From the IMG/VR virus record IMGVR_UViG_3300029911_000001, positions 124,001-188,000 of that record: a DNA stretch of 64,000 bases; one strand, 5' to 3'. Made by a program: the position numbers and the translations under genes. Below the pieces are notes generated by a model that was not told where the DNA came from, searched no databases, and saw only the letters and a list, made by a program, of their open reading frames with translations. Position 1 is the first letter of the stretch, and each line of letters opens with the position of its first letter. Shown piece after piece: positions 43,889 through 53,610 of this stretch.

Positions 43889-44716
43889 ATGGCAAAGTTT
43901 GATGATGAACTGGATGTACTTCCTACGTCGAAGCCCACTTCGACCGCCTCCACCGCAGCAGCAACCACCGCCGTCGAAGTTGAAGACGATGGTGAGATTG
44001 CAACTCCTACACCGGCAGCAAAGGCTCAGCACGTTGTGACTGAAACCGATGATGTCGTACAGAGCGTCAAGTTCGGCGACTCGAAGATTATGGCGAAGGG
44101 CGACGGGCTCAATCGCATTCGTGCAGAGAAGGGCAAGGTTGTTCGCTTCGCTCTCCTCAACTTCATCGACCCGTATTCGGCGAAGTCTCACTTCGTTGAC
44201 ACCAAGGATAAGAAGGGTACGTTCCTCTGCCTCCCGGCGAAGAAGGATGAGATTCCCTACTGCTGCACCAAGATGGAAGAAGAGGGTATGCTCCACGTTG
44301 TCGCCCTCGCTGTCTTGTACACCAACGCAGACCAGAAGACTGGCAAGTACACCATCGCCGGTCAGCCGATTGAATGGGAAGTCGGTTACGTTGACCTCTC
44401 CCGTTCGAACTACCGCTCCGTGTCCAATCTCGCACCCGAGGATTCTTCGGTGTTCGACATTGACCTTGTGATGAGCAAGAAGGACAACGGCATCGGCTAC
44501 GAGTTCGTGCTCTGCGCGACCAAGGCGAAGTGGAAGCTGAACCCCGCTCTCGCTGAGGAAGTGGAAGAAGCGGCCAAGAAGTACGTCAATGACGGCGGCA
44601 AGAAGCTGAAGAACAAGCTCGGTCGTAGCATCACTCTGAACGAGTGGAAGCTGATGCTTGCTGGTCAGGCCAAGTCCGGCGCGGAAGCCTCTTTGGATGA
44701 CATCGAGGACCTGTAG
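43889..44716 (+). CDS. Probable phage ssDNA-binding protein
   Basis: Highly biased codons, acidic tail LDDIEDL, in the recombination block. Confidence 0.6.
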   Translation: MAKFDDELDVLPTSKPTSTASTAAATTAVEVEDDGEIATPTPAAKAQHVVTETDDVVQSVKFGDSKIMAKGDGLNRIRAEKGKVVRFALLNFIDPYSAKSHFVDTKDKKGTFLCLPAKKDEIPYCCTKMEEEGMLHVVALAVLYTNADQKTGKYTIAGQPIEWEVGYVDLSRSNYRSVSNLAPEDSSVFDIDLVMSKKDNGIGYEFVLCATKAKWKLNPALAEEVEEAAKKYVNDGGKKLKNKLGRSITLNEWKLMLAGQAKSGAEASLDDIEDL

Positions 44717-44743
44717 TCCCTAAACCTTTTCAACTAACACAGA

Positions 44744-44768
44744 GGGGGAGCCGTTTGGCTCCCCTTTT
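44744..44768 (+). terminator. Intrinsic terminator
   Basis: GGGGAGCC-GTTT-GGCTCCCC-TTTT. Confidence 0.8.
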
Positions 44769-44795
44769 GCTATACTCTGTAACTGGAGGCTTCAA

Positions 44796-45323
44796 ATGGA
44801 ATGGCCTAAGAATCTACCAGAGTGGGACAAGGCGAACCCCGAGTACGCTCCCAAGCAATACTCCCCATCATCCCGGCCTATGGCGTACCCCGGTGTAGCC
44901 ATCGGGGTTATCGTACTCAGTGAAGAGGGATTGGTGCTGCTCGGCAAGCGTAAGGGTGAGCTTGGAACAGGCATGTACTCTCTACCCGGTGGCAAGGTAG
45001 ACTACGGCGAGACGCCCATTGCAGCCGCCCTTCGTGAAGTCAGGGAAGAGACCCATCTTGAATTGAAGGACGTACGCTTCACGGGCTTTGTCACCAATGA
45101 CTACTTCCCGGAGCAGGGTAAACAATACCTCTGCATGTACTACATGGCGACCGTTGTTGATGAGGGCGACTTGGAGGTTCTGGAGCCCACCAAGGTTGAG
45201 TCGTGGGACTGGTACTACCCTGATGGACTGCCCCGTCCGATGTGGGCAAACACGGGCAACTTGATTGCGACACTGTGTCGCGGGGACAGGTTTGAAAACC
45301 CCGATATTGGTGAAACTATTTAG
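44796..45323 (+). CDS. Nudix hydrolase
   Basis: Nudix box GGKVDYGETPIAAALREVREETHL. Confidence 0.92.
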   Translation: MEWPKNLPEWDKANPEYAPKQYSPSSRPMAYPGVAIGVIVLSEEGLVLLGKRKGELGTGMYSLPGGKVDYGETPIAAALREVREETHLELKDVRFTGFVTNDYFPEQGKQYLCMYYMATVVDEGDLEVLEPTKVESWDWYYPDGLPRPMWANTGNLIATLCRGDRFENPDIGETI

Positions 45324-45396
45324 TAGAGTAGAACGACAACCGACATTGAATAACTATGAGCCCCCTATGTAATAGGGGGTTTAAAGGAGGACGACC

Positions 45397-46146
45397 TTGA
45401 TAATTTGTGGGCTGGATTTTGAGACTACTGGGATTCAACCCACTGCCTCCGTTACAGAGGTGGGGCTCGTACTATGGGATACTTCAATATTGGCCCCTGT
45501 GAGGATGGCAGGGTACCTTGTTGACCCCGGTGAAGGGGCTGTATGGGAGCCAGAAACTCAAGAAATTAACAAAATCAACCCCAGCCTTTGTGCGGAGTAT
45601 GGGACTGAAAGTCTACGTGCGCTTAAACAGACACTCCTTTGGATTCAACAGGCTGATGTAGTTTGTGCTCACAATGGACGCAACTTTGACAGACTGGTGC
45701 TTAAACGGTGGGCGGAGAAGTATGGACTTGATTGGTTTCCAGACAAGCTGTGGATAGATACCACACAGGATTTGGAAGTCACAGCCCATAGCAGTAAGCG
45801 GCTCAACTACATGGCAGCGGATAATGGACTTTTGAACCCATTTCCTCACCGCGCCTTATTCGACGTGATGACCATGCTCAAAATTCTTGGGTTCTATCCT
45901 CTGGATAAAGTTATCGAGGCCGCGAGGACTCCCAACATCGCGGTGAAGATTGTCCACGTCCCCTTTGAGAAGAAGGACTGGCCTAAGGCCCACGGGTTTC
46001 ATGCTTACTACGACAAGAAGAAGGACAAGTTCCAGTTTTGGGTGAAGGTGTTCAAGGAGAATAAGTTCGAGGAAGAGTTTGAAGAGGTAAAGGAAGCAGG
46101 TTTCGTGCTGGAGAAGCTACCGGCGATACCTGAAGGCGTCTACTAG
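45397..46146 (+). CDS. DEDDh 3'-5' exonuclease (DnaQ-like)
   Basis: DFETTG, AHNGRNFD, HRALFD. Confidence 0.9.
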   Translation: MIICGLDFETTGIQPTASVTEVGLVLWDTSILAPVRMAGYLVDPGEGAVWEPETQEINKINPSLCAEYGTESLRALKQTLLWIQQADVVCAHNGRNFDRLVLKRWAEKYGLDWFPDKLWIDTTQDLEVTAHSSKRLNYMAADNGLLNPFPHRALFDVMTMLKILGFYPLDKVIEAARTPNIAVKIVHVPFEKKDWPKAHGFHAYYDKKKDKFQFWVKVFKENKFEEEFEEVKEAGFVLEKLPAIPEGVY

Positions 46147-46401
46147 ATGACCCTCTTGTTCTTACTCTACTTTGCCCTCTCCTACCCTAACTCCCCACCT
46201 ACAATTGCGGTGGACTCCATCGGCATTGATGGCATGACTGCCAAGGTTTCAATTCTAGGTGGTTGCTACGACATGCCCGAAGACCGCAAGGTGTTTATGG
46301 GGGATAACGGACTGGCCGCTGTGGGAAGTGACTGCTCCGAGGCTTTCACTCTATGGGAGAGTTTACCTGTTCCCAAGCTGTCTCCAATGTACAAAATCTG
46401 A
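46147..46401 (+). CDS. Small hypothetical protein
   Basis: ATG directly after the upstream stop; hydrophobic N-terminus. Confidence 0.4.
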   Translation: MTLLFLLYFALSYPNSPPTIAVDSIGIDGMTAKVSILGGCYDMPEDRKVFMGDNGLAAVGSDCSEAFTLWESLPVPKLSPMYKI

Positions 46402-46415
46402 GTATTACACTGTAG

Positions 46416-47303
46416 ATGGCAAAGAACAAAAAAGCAGTAGTTCTCAAAGTACCCGCCCCACTTCCAGAAGTGAAGCAGTGGCTTATCCTTGGCCTCGACC
46501 CTTCTATGAGTCGAACCGGATACGCTCTCATGCGGGTTCGCCGCAAGTTAGAAGATGACGACCCCGGCACCCGAGCTACTTGGCTGTCAGCCGGTTCTGT
46601 GAAGCCTGAAGTAGCCTCCGAGCCCATCTGGCTCCGGGGTAAGATGATGGCCCTCCACCTACGCAACATAGTGGAAGATGCCTCCGCTCAAATCCTGAGC
46701 ACCGACCCCACAGCTTGGAACCTGACCCTACGCCCGGAGGCGTTCTGGACAGATGAGAAGAAGGAACCGTCCTTGGGCCTCATCATCAGCATGGAATACC
46801 CGACGCCGATGAACGACTTCCTCGTGGCGTTGAACCGGATTATCCATCTAGTTTTCTTCGAAACCGATTTGTGGCAGAGGTTTGCCACAGTTCGGGTACT
46901 AACTACCAATGCGGCTACGCTCAGGTCGTTGATGGGTCTTACTAAAACAGGAGCGAAAAACAAGGGCGAGAACATTGCACGCGCCTACGATTTCATTGAC
47001 AAAACTGCATACCCCAAACTAGATACCGATGCTTGCGATGCTGTGTTGTTAGGTATGATGGCTCGGCACACGGCTTCTATCTTAATGGGGCACGTTGATG
47101 AAGTCCCAGATAAGCATCTTTTGTCCTTATGCAACGCTGCTCAGGAAGTGAAGGGTAAAGGAACCCGTTCCAGAATCATCACTAAGGGGTTACTACATCG
47201 TAAGGAGTATTTTTACGATTATGTAAAAAACAACTACGTACTCTTAGTTAGAGACGCCAGTAAGGCGTCACAAAGGTGTACGAAGCATGAGTATCAGTTG
47301 TAA
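46416..47303 (+). CDS. RuvC-like Holliday junction resolvase
   Basis: ILGLDPSMSRTGYA, ISME, DACDAV. Confidence 0.8.
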   Translation: MAKNKKAVVLKVPAPLPEVKQWLILGLDPSMSRTGYALMRVRRKLEDDDPGTRATWLSAGSVKPEVASEPIWLRGKMMALHLRNIVEDASAQILSTDPTAWNLTLRPEAFWTDEKKEPSLGLIISMEYPTPMNDFLVALNRIIHLVFFETDLWQRFATVRVLTTNAATLRSLMGLTKTGAKNKGENIARAYDFIDKTAYPKLDTDACDAVLLGMMARHTASILMGHVDEVPDKHLLSLCNAAQEVKGKGTRSRIITKGLLHRKEYFYDYVKNNYVLLVRDASKASQRCTKHEYQL

Positions 47304-47880
47304 CCCGCGTTCGGATTTAGTGTCCCTTGTTGGTAAACGTTATGGGTATCTGGTAGTTGAATCCTATGCTGGAAGTAAGCGGTGGTATTGTGTCTGCGAT
47401 TGCGGCAATAAGAAAACGGTAAGCTCCGGGAACCTTAGACTCAGTGAACGGTTGAATCGAAAATCGTCCTGCGGATGTTTGTGGGGGTATAAGAACCCAG
47501 CTAATCGAAACCGTAGAGTCGTATCTAATGACGAAGCTGCTATTCATTCTATTTGGCTAGAACATCGTCGTAGAGCCCATAAGATAAATGAGGCGTCGGC
47601 TCCTTGGAATATACCTGAACCTCTATTTACCTCACTTATCACATCCCCTTGTAGGTACTGTGGCGAGATAGGCAGTAACACGCACATTCACACATATAGA
47701 AAGGTTGGAGACACAGGGGAGTTTAGGTATAACGGCCTAGATCGCAGTAACCCCCAAAAAGGGTACACATTGGATAATGTCATCCCGTGTTGTTGGCAGT
47801 GCAATAAGACTAAAGGCAAGTTGTCTCATGATGATTTCATCAGATACATATGTCGAGTAACTCAACATCTTGGTATTTAG
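47287..47880 (+). CDS. HNH homing endonuclease
   Basis: GKRYGYLVV...WYCVCDCG; CRYC...GLDR...GYTLDNVIPCCWQCNKTK. Confidence 0.88.
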   Translation: MSISCNPRSDLVSLVGKRYGYLVVESYAGSKRWYCVCDCGNKKTVSSGNLRLSERLNRKSSCGCLWGYKNPANRNRRVVSNDEAAIHSIWLEHRRRAHKINEASAPWNIPEPLFTSLITSPCRYCGEIGSNTHIHTYRKVGDTGEFRYNGLDRSNPQKGYTLDNVIPCCWQCNKTKGKLSHDDFIRYICRVTQHLGI

Positions 47881-47947
47881 TGTGTAGTACCCCTACACTC
47901 CATGACAATAGGTCGAAGAGAGTGAAACAGGGTTGGAGGAAAACGCT

Positions 47948-49216
47948 ATGGCTCCCAAGAAGACGGCCACCAAGGCCGCTGCTTCATCCGTACCGTCAGG
48001 TCACCCACGCAACTGGACACCTGAACAACGCCGGAATGCTTTCAATGCTTCGCGCAAAGAACAGACCGCCAACTACCAAATCCTTGAGTCGGATTTCAAA
48101 GAGACTCTCATCCCCTACAACCACATCGTCCTTGACCATGTTCTCGGTCTCAAGGGTATCGCTCGTCACGGTTCCGTTACTCAGTTCCACGGTGATGAAG
48201 GTGCGGGTAAGACCTCAACCGCTCTGTGCTCTGCTGGTGCCTATCAGAAGAACACAGGTGAGCCGGTAGCCGTGTTCGATTACGAAGGTTCCTCAAGCCC
48301 CGCGTTCTGCGAGTCTTGCGGCATCGACCCCAAGCTCCTCTTCTTCATGCAGCCAGCGTCCATTCAGGATGCCATCATTGAGCACGTTCGCTTGATGGAT
48401 GAAGTCGGCGTGCGTCTCTTCGTCAACGACTCGATTCCGTTCATGGACTCGAAGATTGAAAAGAAGCTCATCTACAACAAGAAGGCGTTCAAGGGCAACT
48501 ACGGCTCCCATGCCAAGACCATCAGCACCTTCTACAAGATGCTCCGCCCCTACACGCAGGAATTCGATGCATCTCTCATCATGATTAACCAGACCCGCGA
48601 CCGTATTGACGACAGCACGGAAGCAAGCTGGGCTAACAAGTACAGCTACACCAACCGCATCTACACGCTGCCGGGTGGACGTATGGCACGCTTCGCTCCG
48701 TCCGTCATGGTGGAGTTGACGCTGGAGAAGGCTCTCGCTCCCAAGGCCATCGCTGACATGGAGACGGATGAAATCTTCATCCTCGACGTGTGTGAACCGG
48801 GACAGAAGCTCGACCCGACGATGAACCTTGTGCGTGCTCGTACGCTCAAGAACAAGCCCACGGGTGCTGGCTTCCGCAAGGCAGACATCTACATCCGTCC
48901 GGGACATGGCTGGGATGACACGGTTAGCGTGCTGGCTCTTGCTCGTACGTTGAAGTTCATCACCAACTCTGGTGCCAAGTGGTCTATTGGTGCTCCGGGT
49001 GAGGCATTCGCTACCTACGCCAACAAGGCGGAGGCCATCGAGAACCTCGTCATCAAGCGTGATATGGAAGTTATCGATAAGCTCCGCTCTCTGGTCGTCT
49101 CTTCTCTGGCCGGTAACGAGTCGCTGTTCGCCGCTGAGGTCAGCAAGGAAGAAGTTGATTTCCTTGACGAGTCCAAGGCAGCAACCACCAGCGTTGACTT
49201 CGAAGACGAGGACTAA
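47948..49216 (+). CDS. recA: RecA/UvsX-like recombinase
   Basis: HGDEGAGKT, FDYE, NDSI, MINQTR, PGG, TLKNK. Confidence 0.88.
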   Translation: MAPKKTATKAAASSVPSGHPRNWTPEQRRNAFNASRKEQTANYQILESDFKETLIPYNHIVLDHVLGLKGIARHGSVTQFHGDEGAGKTSTALCSAGAYQKNTGEPVAVFDYEGSSSPAFCESCGIDPKLLFFMQPASIQDAIIEHVRLMDEVGVRLFVNDSIPFMDSKIEKKLIYNKKAFKGNYGSHAKTISTFYKMLRPYTQEFDASLIMINQTRDRIDDSTEASWANKYSYTNRIYTLPGGRMARFAPSVMVELTLEKALAPKAIADMETDEIFILDVCEPGQKLDPTMNLVRARTLKNKPTGAGFRKADIYIRPGHGWDDTVSVLALARTLKFITNSGAKWSIGAPGEAFATYANKAEAIENLVIKRDMEVIDKLRSLVVSSLAGNESLFAAEVSKEEVDFLDESKAATTSVDFEDED

Positions 49217-49243
49217 CTGAGCTAAAAACATCCAAGGGGTTGT

Positions 49244-50566
49244 ATGCGTCTTAGTTGTAAAAACTTTCAATGTTGGTCAGATGTTTCCTTAGACATTGAG
49301 GGGTTGGCCGTACTGGTCGGCCCCTCAAACCATGGCAAGTCCTCACTGTTCCGTTCTCTCAAGGGGGTGTTGCGAAATGACATCCCTGATGAGTATGTGC
49401 GTAATGGACAGGAGGAGCCGCTCAAGGTCGAACTGGAACTCGATGGTCTCAACATCAAGGCCACTCGCAAACGCAAGGGCTCGACCAAATATGTTCTAAC
49501 TCCCCTCCCACACAAGTTCCACATTGGAGACGACACTAAGGTTCTCTACGACAGCGAAGCTGAAGCCACCGCTGCGGCTGAACTGCTCACACCCAAAGGG
49601 AAGGTCAACCTATACCAGAATAAGTACAGTAGTCTCGGAGGTAAAGTCCCTGACGAGGTAGCCAAGCTGGGCTTTGGCGAAGTGAAGATTGGAGAGTACC
49701 TTATTGACCCTATCTTCTCCGGCCAGAACAAAGCACAGTTCCTCATCGACCCCGACCGGTGGAAGCCTAGCGAGATAAATGCGGTTCTTGGGGCCTTCAG
49801 TAGCACTGAGAAGTTGGACACCGGAAAGAAGGAAGCCAACCTCCGCATCACTCAGAGGAAGAGTGAGGCAAGTACACTCGCAACTGAGATTCGTTCCGCA
49901 GAGGAACGCAGCGCGAAGCTGTTGGGGATTACCGGTGAGGTTACGCTCATTGCAGAGGTCGTGAACCAGCTAGAGATGGCTATACGTCGGGACGAGGGGT
50001 TGGTAGGTCAGTTAGGTGCCACTCTCAGGCATCAAGCCCGTCTGGAGCCCCTACAGGGCTTCCTAGATGCCTTGTCGTTACCAAACCTAACCGAGATTGA
50101 GGCTATGACTCAGTTGGTGGTTAATCTGGGGAACGCCGGGGACGCCTTGTCTACCTCCCGGTTCATCACTCGACTGGTAAATAGTTTGGATAGCATCTCC
50201 GACATATGGGCAGAGATTGGACTAAATCTCAAGCAGAGCAACGGGCTGGCTGAGATTACTGTGGAGAAGAAGTACAGTCCTGAAGCCCTCGACGTGGCGG
50301 TGCTGGGAGTTCTCAACAAAGTTGAGGAACAATTCAATGAAGTGAAATCCCTCGCCAGCAGTATTCAATACATGAAGGTCGCTATAGTTGCAGCCAAATC
50401 CTACGAGAACCTTACTGTGGGGTTACCTGAGTATGAAGCGCACATAGGGATAGCCGATAGCGAGGTTGAAACCATCCGACAGGAACTCGCTGAAGAAGCA
50501 GCAGCCGAAGCAGCCAAAGGCTTGTGCCCAAAGTGTGGGCACGGATTGGAACACGTATGTCAGTAG
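49244..50566 (+). CDS. SbcC/Rad50-like ATPase, N-terminal half only
   Basis: NFQ, GPSNHGKSS, Q-loop-like GQNKAQFL, coiled coil, ends at CPKC. Confidence 0.75.
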   Translation: MRLSCKNFQCWSDVSLDIEGLAVLVGPSNHGKSSLFRSLKGVLRNDIPDEYVRNGQEEPLKVELELDGLNIKATRKRKGSTKYVLTPLPHKFHIGDDTKVLYDSEAEATAAAELLTPKGKVNLYQNKYSSLGGKVPDEVAKLGFGEVKIGEYLIDPIFSGQNKAQFLIDPDRWKPSEINAVLGAFSSTEKLDTGKKEANLRITQRKSEASTLATEIRSAEERSAKLLGITGEVTLIAEVVNQLEMAIRRDEGLVGQLGATLRHQARLEPLQGFLDALSLPNLTEIEAMTQLVVNLGNAGDALSTSRFITRLVNSLDSISDIWAEIGLNLKQSNGLAEITVEKKYSPEALDVAVLGVLNKVEEQFNEVKSLASSIQYMKVAIVAAKSYENLTVGLPEYEAHIGIADSEVETIRQELAEEAAAEAAKGLCPKCGHGLEHVCQ

Positions 50567-50751
50567 AACTTTTCGTTCAAACTCGTGATGGGGACTATAA
50601 CTTCCACCTTGAGTTGGAAGACAAGATGGCTGCGTACAAGGTCATCGAGTTGATTAGGGAAACTCAAGGCTATTGGTACGGTGGAATGGTGGAATTCAAG
50701 GCCAGCCCTCAACTTATCGTGCCCGGTGGAAGTCCACACCCGAATGTGTAA
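50557..50751 (+). CDS. Small hypothetical protein
   Basis: ATG overlapping the previous gene. Confidence 0.5.
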   Translation: MSVELFVQTRDGDYNFHLELEDKMAAYKVIELIRETQGYWYGGMVEFKASPQLIVPGGSPHPNV

Positions 50752-50794
50752 TTTTTATTCCCTATCACAGAATTAACCGCATGGAGATTCGGTA

Positions 50795-51094
50795 ATGGCA
50801 GAACTAACCACACAGGAACGGCTCAAGCAAGCACAGGCAAAGGTGCGGTCACTAACCTCAGCCCGAGAGAAGATTATCGGGGACGCTCGTGTTGAAGAGC
50901 AGAAGTTGAAGCAAGCCTACGCCGCCCTCAAGGAACTCGGCATCGATAATCCTGAGGATATGAGTATCAAAGAGCTAAGAGCCTTAGAGGAAGCATCAAG
51001 GGCAAAGCTTGAAGAGTTGCTCGTTGCCATCGAAGAACAGTTGGTAGCGGGTGAAGATTTGATGAAGAAATACAACGCCGTACAGGAGAACTAA
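50795..51094 (+). CDS. Coiled-coil protein
   Basis: RBS GGAG; heptad-rich. Confidence 0.7.
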   Translation: MAELTTQERLKQAQAKVRSLTSAREKIIGDARVEEQKLKQAYAALKELGIDNPEDMSIKELRALEEASRAKLEELLVAIEEQLVAGEDLMKKYNAVQEN

Positions 51095-51098
51095 CCCT

Positions 51099-51686
51099 AT
51101 GGAATTCGCGCAGATTACTTACACCAAGACTGTCGAAGGTAACTTCGAAGTCTCGCTCATCAACAAGAACACCGTCATCGCCAAAATCCCATTCCCGACC
51201 GAGACCCTCGCCAAGGAATACGTTGACTTGAAGACCAAGCTCAAGGCCAGCACGGACGCCCTCATCGCTGAAGTCACTGCCAACCTCAAGAAGGCTGAAG
51301 CAGCCAAGGTTGAAGCAGCCAAGGTTGAAGCAGCCAAGGTTGACCCGGCTGTGGAAGAGGCTGCTTTTAAGGCTAAGGCCGACGTTGCCGCCGCTAGGGC
51401 CAAGGCTGAAGCTGTCGCCAAGGTTGAAGCAGAGGCCAAGAAGGTCGCAACCGCTGTTGAGGACGAAGCCAAGGTAATCGGCGGCGATGTCAAGGCCGAC
51501 TTCAAGGCAGAGGAAGACAAGGTTGAGTCCTTCGTCGCCAACATCAAGGCCAAGGTTGAGAAGCAGCCGACCATCGACACGTCCGCCAAGGTGGCTAAGG
51601 AAGGCACCCCGTGGCAGGAGACTGCCAAGGCTCAGGTTGGTAAGGATACCAACATCGACACGTCCGCCAAGGTTGTGGTCGAGTAA
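51099..51686 (+). CDS. Ala/Lys/Glu-rich repeat protein
   Basis: (VEAAK)n; IDTSAKV twice. Confidence 0.7.
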   Translation: MEFAQITYTKTVEGNFEVSLINKNTVIAKIPFPTETLAKEYVDLKTKLKASTDALIAEVTANLKKAEAAKVEAAKVEAAKVDPAVEEAAFKAKADVAAARAKAEAVAKVEAEAKKVATAVEDEAKVIGGDVKADFKAEEDKVESFVANIKAKVEKQPTIDTSAKVAKEGTPWQETAKAQVGKDTNIDTSAKVVVE

Positions 51687-51688
51687 GC

Positions 51689-51886
51689 ATGGACGACCAA
51701 CTCTATCAACACTACAAGGGGGGAAAGTACCGTCTCATCGGTGTGGCGACACATACTGAGAACGGTGAGCCCCTTGTAGTGTATGAGTCAATTGAGCACA
51801 AATCACTATGGGCTCGACCCGCTGCCATCTTCGAAGAATCTGTTGAAGTCGATGGTGTCAGAGTTCCAAGGTTCAGACGCATATGA
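51689..51886 (+). CDS. DUF1653-like protein
   Basis: YQHYKGGKY...HTENGEPLVVY...LWARP. Confidence 0.8.
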   Translation: MDDQLYQHYKGGKYRLIGVATHTENGEPLVVYESIEHKSLWARPAAIFEESVEVDGVRVPRFRRI

Positions 51887-52260
51887 CAATCAAGCTGAGA
51901 AAGAAGCCGGGGACGGAGCTGGGGAAGTTCTGGGCCTCGCTCGAACGTGCCTCTCGTGATGTTCGCAAATGGCCCGTCCGCACTTGTGAAGAGTGTGGTG
52001 GTCGTAAGGTGCAGACCTACGAAGTGGACAACGGCGGAGGCTGGGACAGGATGTATGAAGAGCAGACCTGTCGCTCGTGCAGCGGTAAGGGCACGTACGG
52101 CGGAGGCCAGCCCGGTCTCAGCCTATGGTTCCAGTCTGAAGAAGCTTGCGAAGAATTCAAAGCCAAGGTTTCCCGGATGAAGGGTATTACTTGGATAGCG
52201 GACAGCGAGAATAGCCGTACTCTCGAACAAGAGTCCGACAAGGTGTGGAAGGATGCGTAG
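51883..52260 (+). CDS. Zn-finger hypothetical protein
   Basis: CEECGG...CRSCSGKG. Confidence 0.6.
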   Translation: MTIKLRKKPGTELGKFWASLERASRDVRKWPVRTCEECGGRKVQTYEVDNGGGWDRMYEEQTCRSCSGKGTYGGGQPGLSLWFQSEEACEEFKAKVSRMKGITWIADSENSRTLEQESDKVWKDA

Positions 52261-52548
52261 ATGAAATGTCCCGCATGTGTTGAAGAAGGAAAGACCAGTA
52301 AGCTCCCGTCGCCCAGCTATTTCAGCAGCACCAGCATGGGCTTCGATGACTACTGGGATGAGGAGGGTAAGCGGCATCACCATGACCCTAACTCCTCATG
52401 GACGAACATGACCTGCACTCAGGGTCACACCCTCTTCTATCACTTGGAGAGCCACTGCCCCAACTGCGATTTCAACAGCCACAACAAGACACGACTCAGC
52501 CTGTACACACCAGACAAGAAGACCCTCATCGCCACTTACAATGAGTAA
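52261..52548 (+). CDS. Zn-finger hypothetical protein
   Basis: CPAC...CPNC. Confidence 0.6.
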   Translation: MKCPACVEEGKTSKLPSPSYFSSTSMGFDDYWDEEGKRHHHDPNSSWTNMTCTQGHTLFYHLESHCPNCDFNSHNKTRLSLYTPDKKTLIATYNE

Positions 52549-52573
52549 GGCGATGAATGGGTGAGGGTAGCAA

Positions 52574-52960
52574 ATGCAGAGAGGTAGGCTCGTTTACGTC
52601 GCCAGTCCTTACTCCCATCCCGATAAGATGGTGGAGGAAATGCGTAACATCGGTGTCGCTGTTGCCACCGGTTATTTGATGAACAAGTATTTGGACAAGT
52701 CCTTCTACTCCCCCATCTGCCACACCCACCCGATTGCAACCGTCTGCAAGCTCCCCGGTCACTGGGAGTTCTGGAAGCAGTTCGATGAGACGATGCTCTC
52801 TCGCTGCAATGAGTGCTGGGTTCTCATGCTCGATGGCTGGCAGCAGTCCAAGGGTGTCACTGCGGAGATTGGTATCGCCGTAGAACTCGGCTTGCCGGTG
52901 AAGTATGTCAAGCCGCTGGGTGATGGTGATTACGTGGTCACGGACATACTTGCGGGGTGA
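52574..52960 (+). CDS. DUF1937-like (NDT-fold) protein
   Basis: YVASPYSHP, YSPICHTH, GWQQSKGVTAEI. Confidence 0.75.
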   Translation: MQRGRLVYVASPYSHPDKMVEEMRNIGVAVATGYLMNKYLDKSFYSPICHTHPIATVCKLPGHWEFWKQFDETMLSRCNECWVLMLDGWQQSKGVTAEIGIAVELGLPVKYVKPLGDGDYVVTDILAG

Positions 52961-52963
52961 GCG

Positions 52964-53194
52964 ATGCGTCATCATGGTCACATGCGGGTTCCAACTTCCA
53001 CCCAACTCGAACTGATTGAAGCAGCCCTCAAGGTTGACCTTGAGTTGGCCGCTCATCTGAAGAAGTGTACCGAATGTTCTGAGGATGTAGAAATTGGCAC
53101 GTGCCCGGTGGCCGACGAGATGTACTCGCGGGTTAGAACCGCTGCCATCAATCTGAAACGGATTGGATGGCAATCAGGAGTCGAACTGTTATGA
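52964..53194 (+). CDS. Small hypothetical protein
   Basis: HxxxCxxC...C motif. Confidence 0.5.
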   Translation: MRHHGHMRVPTSTQLELIEAALKVDLELAAHLKKCTECSEDVEIGTCPVADEMYSRVRTAAINLKRIGWQSGVELL

Positions 53195-53610
53195 GCTACA
53201 CCGGAGAATTCACGGACAACTGCCCTTACTGCGACTCAGTGTGTGATGCTGATTTCTGTGATGTAGGCGTGGGCATGGTACAGTGTGGCCCATTCCACTG
53301 TATGCAGTGCGGAGCCAGCCAGATAGGCCCCTACGATGATACGTTTGACCCGTACCGTACGTTCTGGGCAGAACCTCAGAAGCCGAAAGACCGGGTGCTC
53401 ACCAAGCGAGAGAGTGAGACTCACTGGTATGAGCCAAACACCCCTCCCGGTTCCTCTGCCAACGTCATCGGTGGTCATATTGTGAGCCATCAGGTGATGA
53501 AGAAGATTTACGATTTGAAGTTCACCAACAATCCTCAGTATGAGGATAAAGAGTACGTGAACGAATGGTGGAAAAACATACGTGAAGATAGTCAAGCTAC
53601 AACACGATAG
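53191..53610 (+). CDS. Cys-rich hypothetical protein
   Basis: CPYC...C.ADFCDVGVGMVQCGPFHC..CGA. Confidence 0.65.
   Translation: MSYTGEFTDNCPYCDSVCDADFCDVGVGMVQCGPFHCMQCGASQIGPYDDTFDPYRTFWAEPQKPKDRVLTKRESETHWYEPNTPPGSSANVIGGHIVSHQVMKKIYDLKFTNNPQYEDKEYVNEWWKNIREDSQATTR

Noticed and set aside
51290-51680. Repeats in the AEAAK-rich ORF as a DNA-level element
   Set aside because: In-frame, low-complexity protein repeats explain them.
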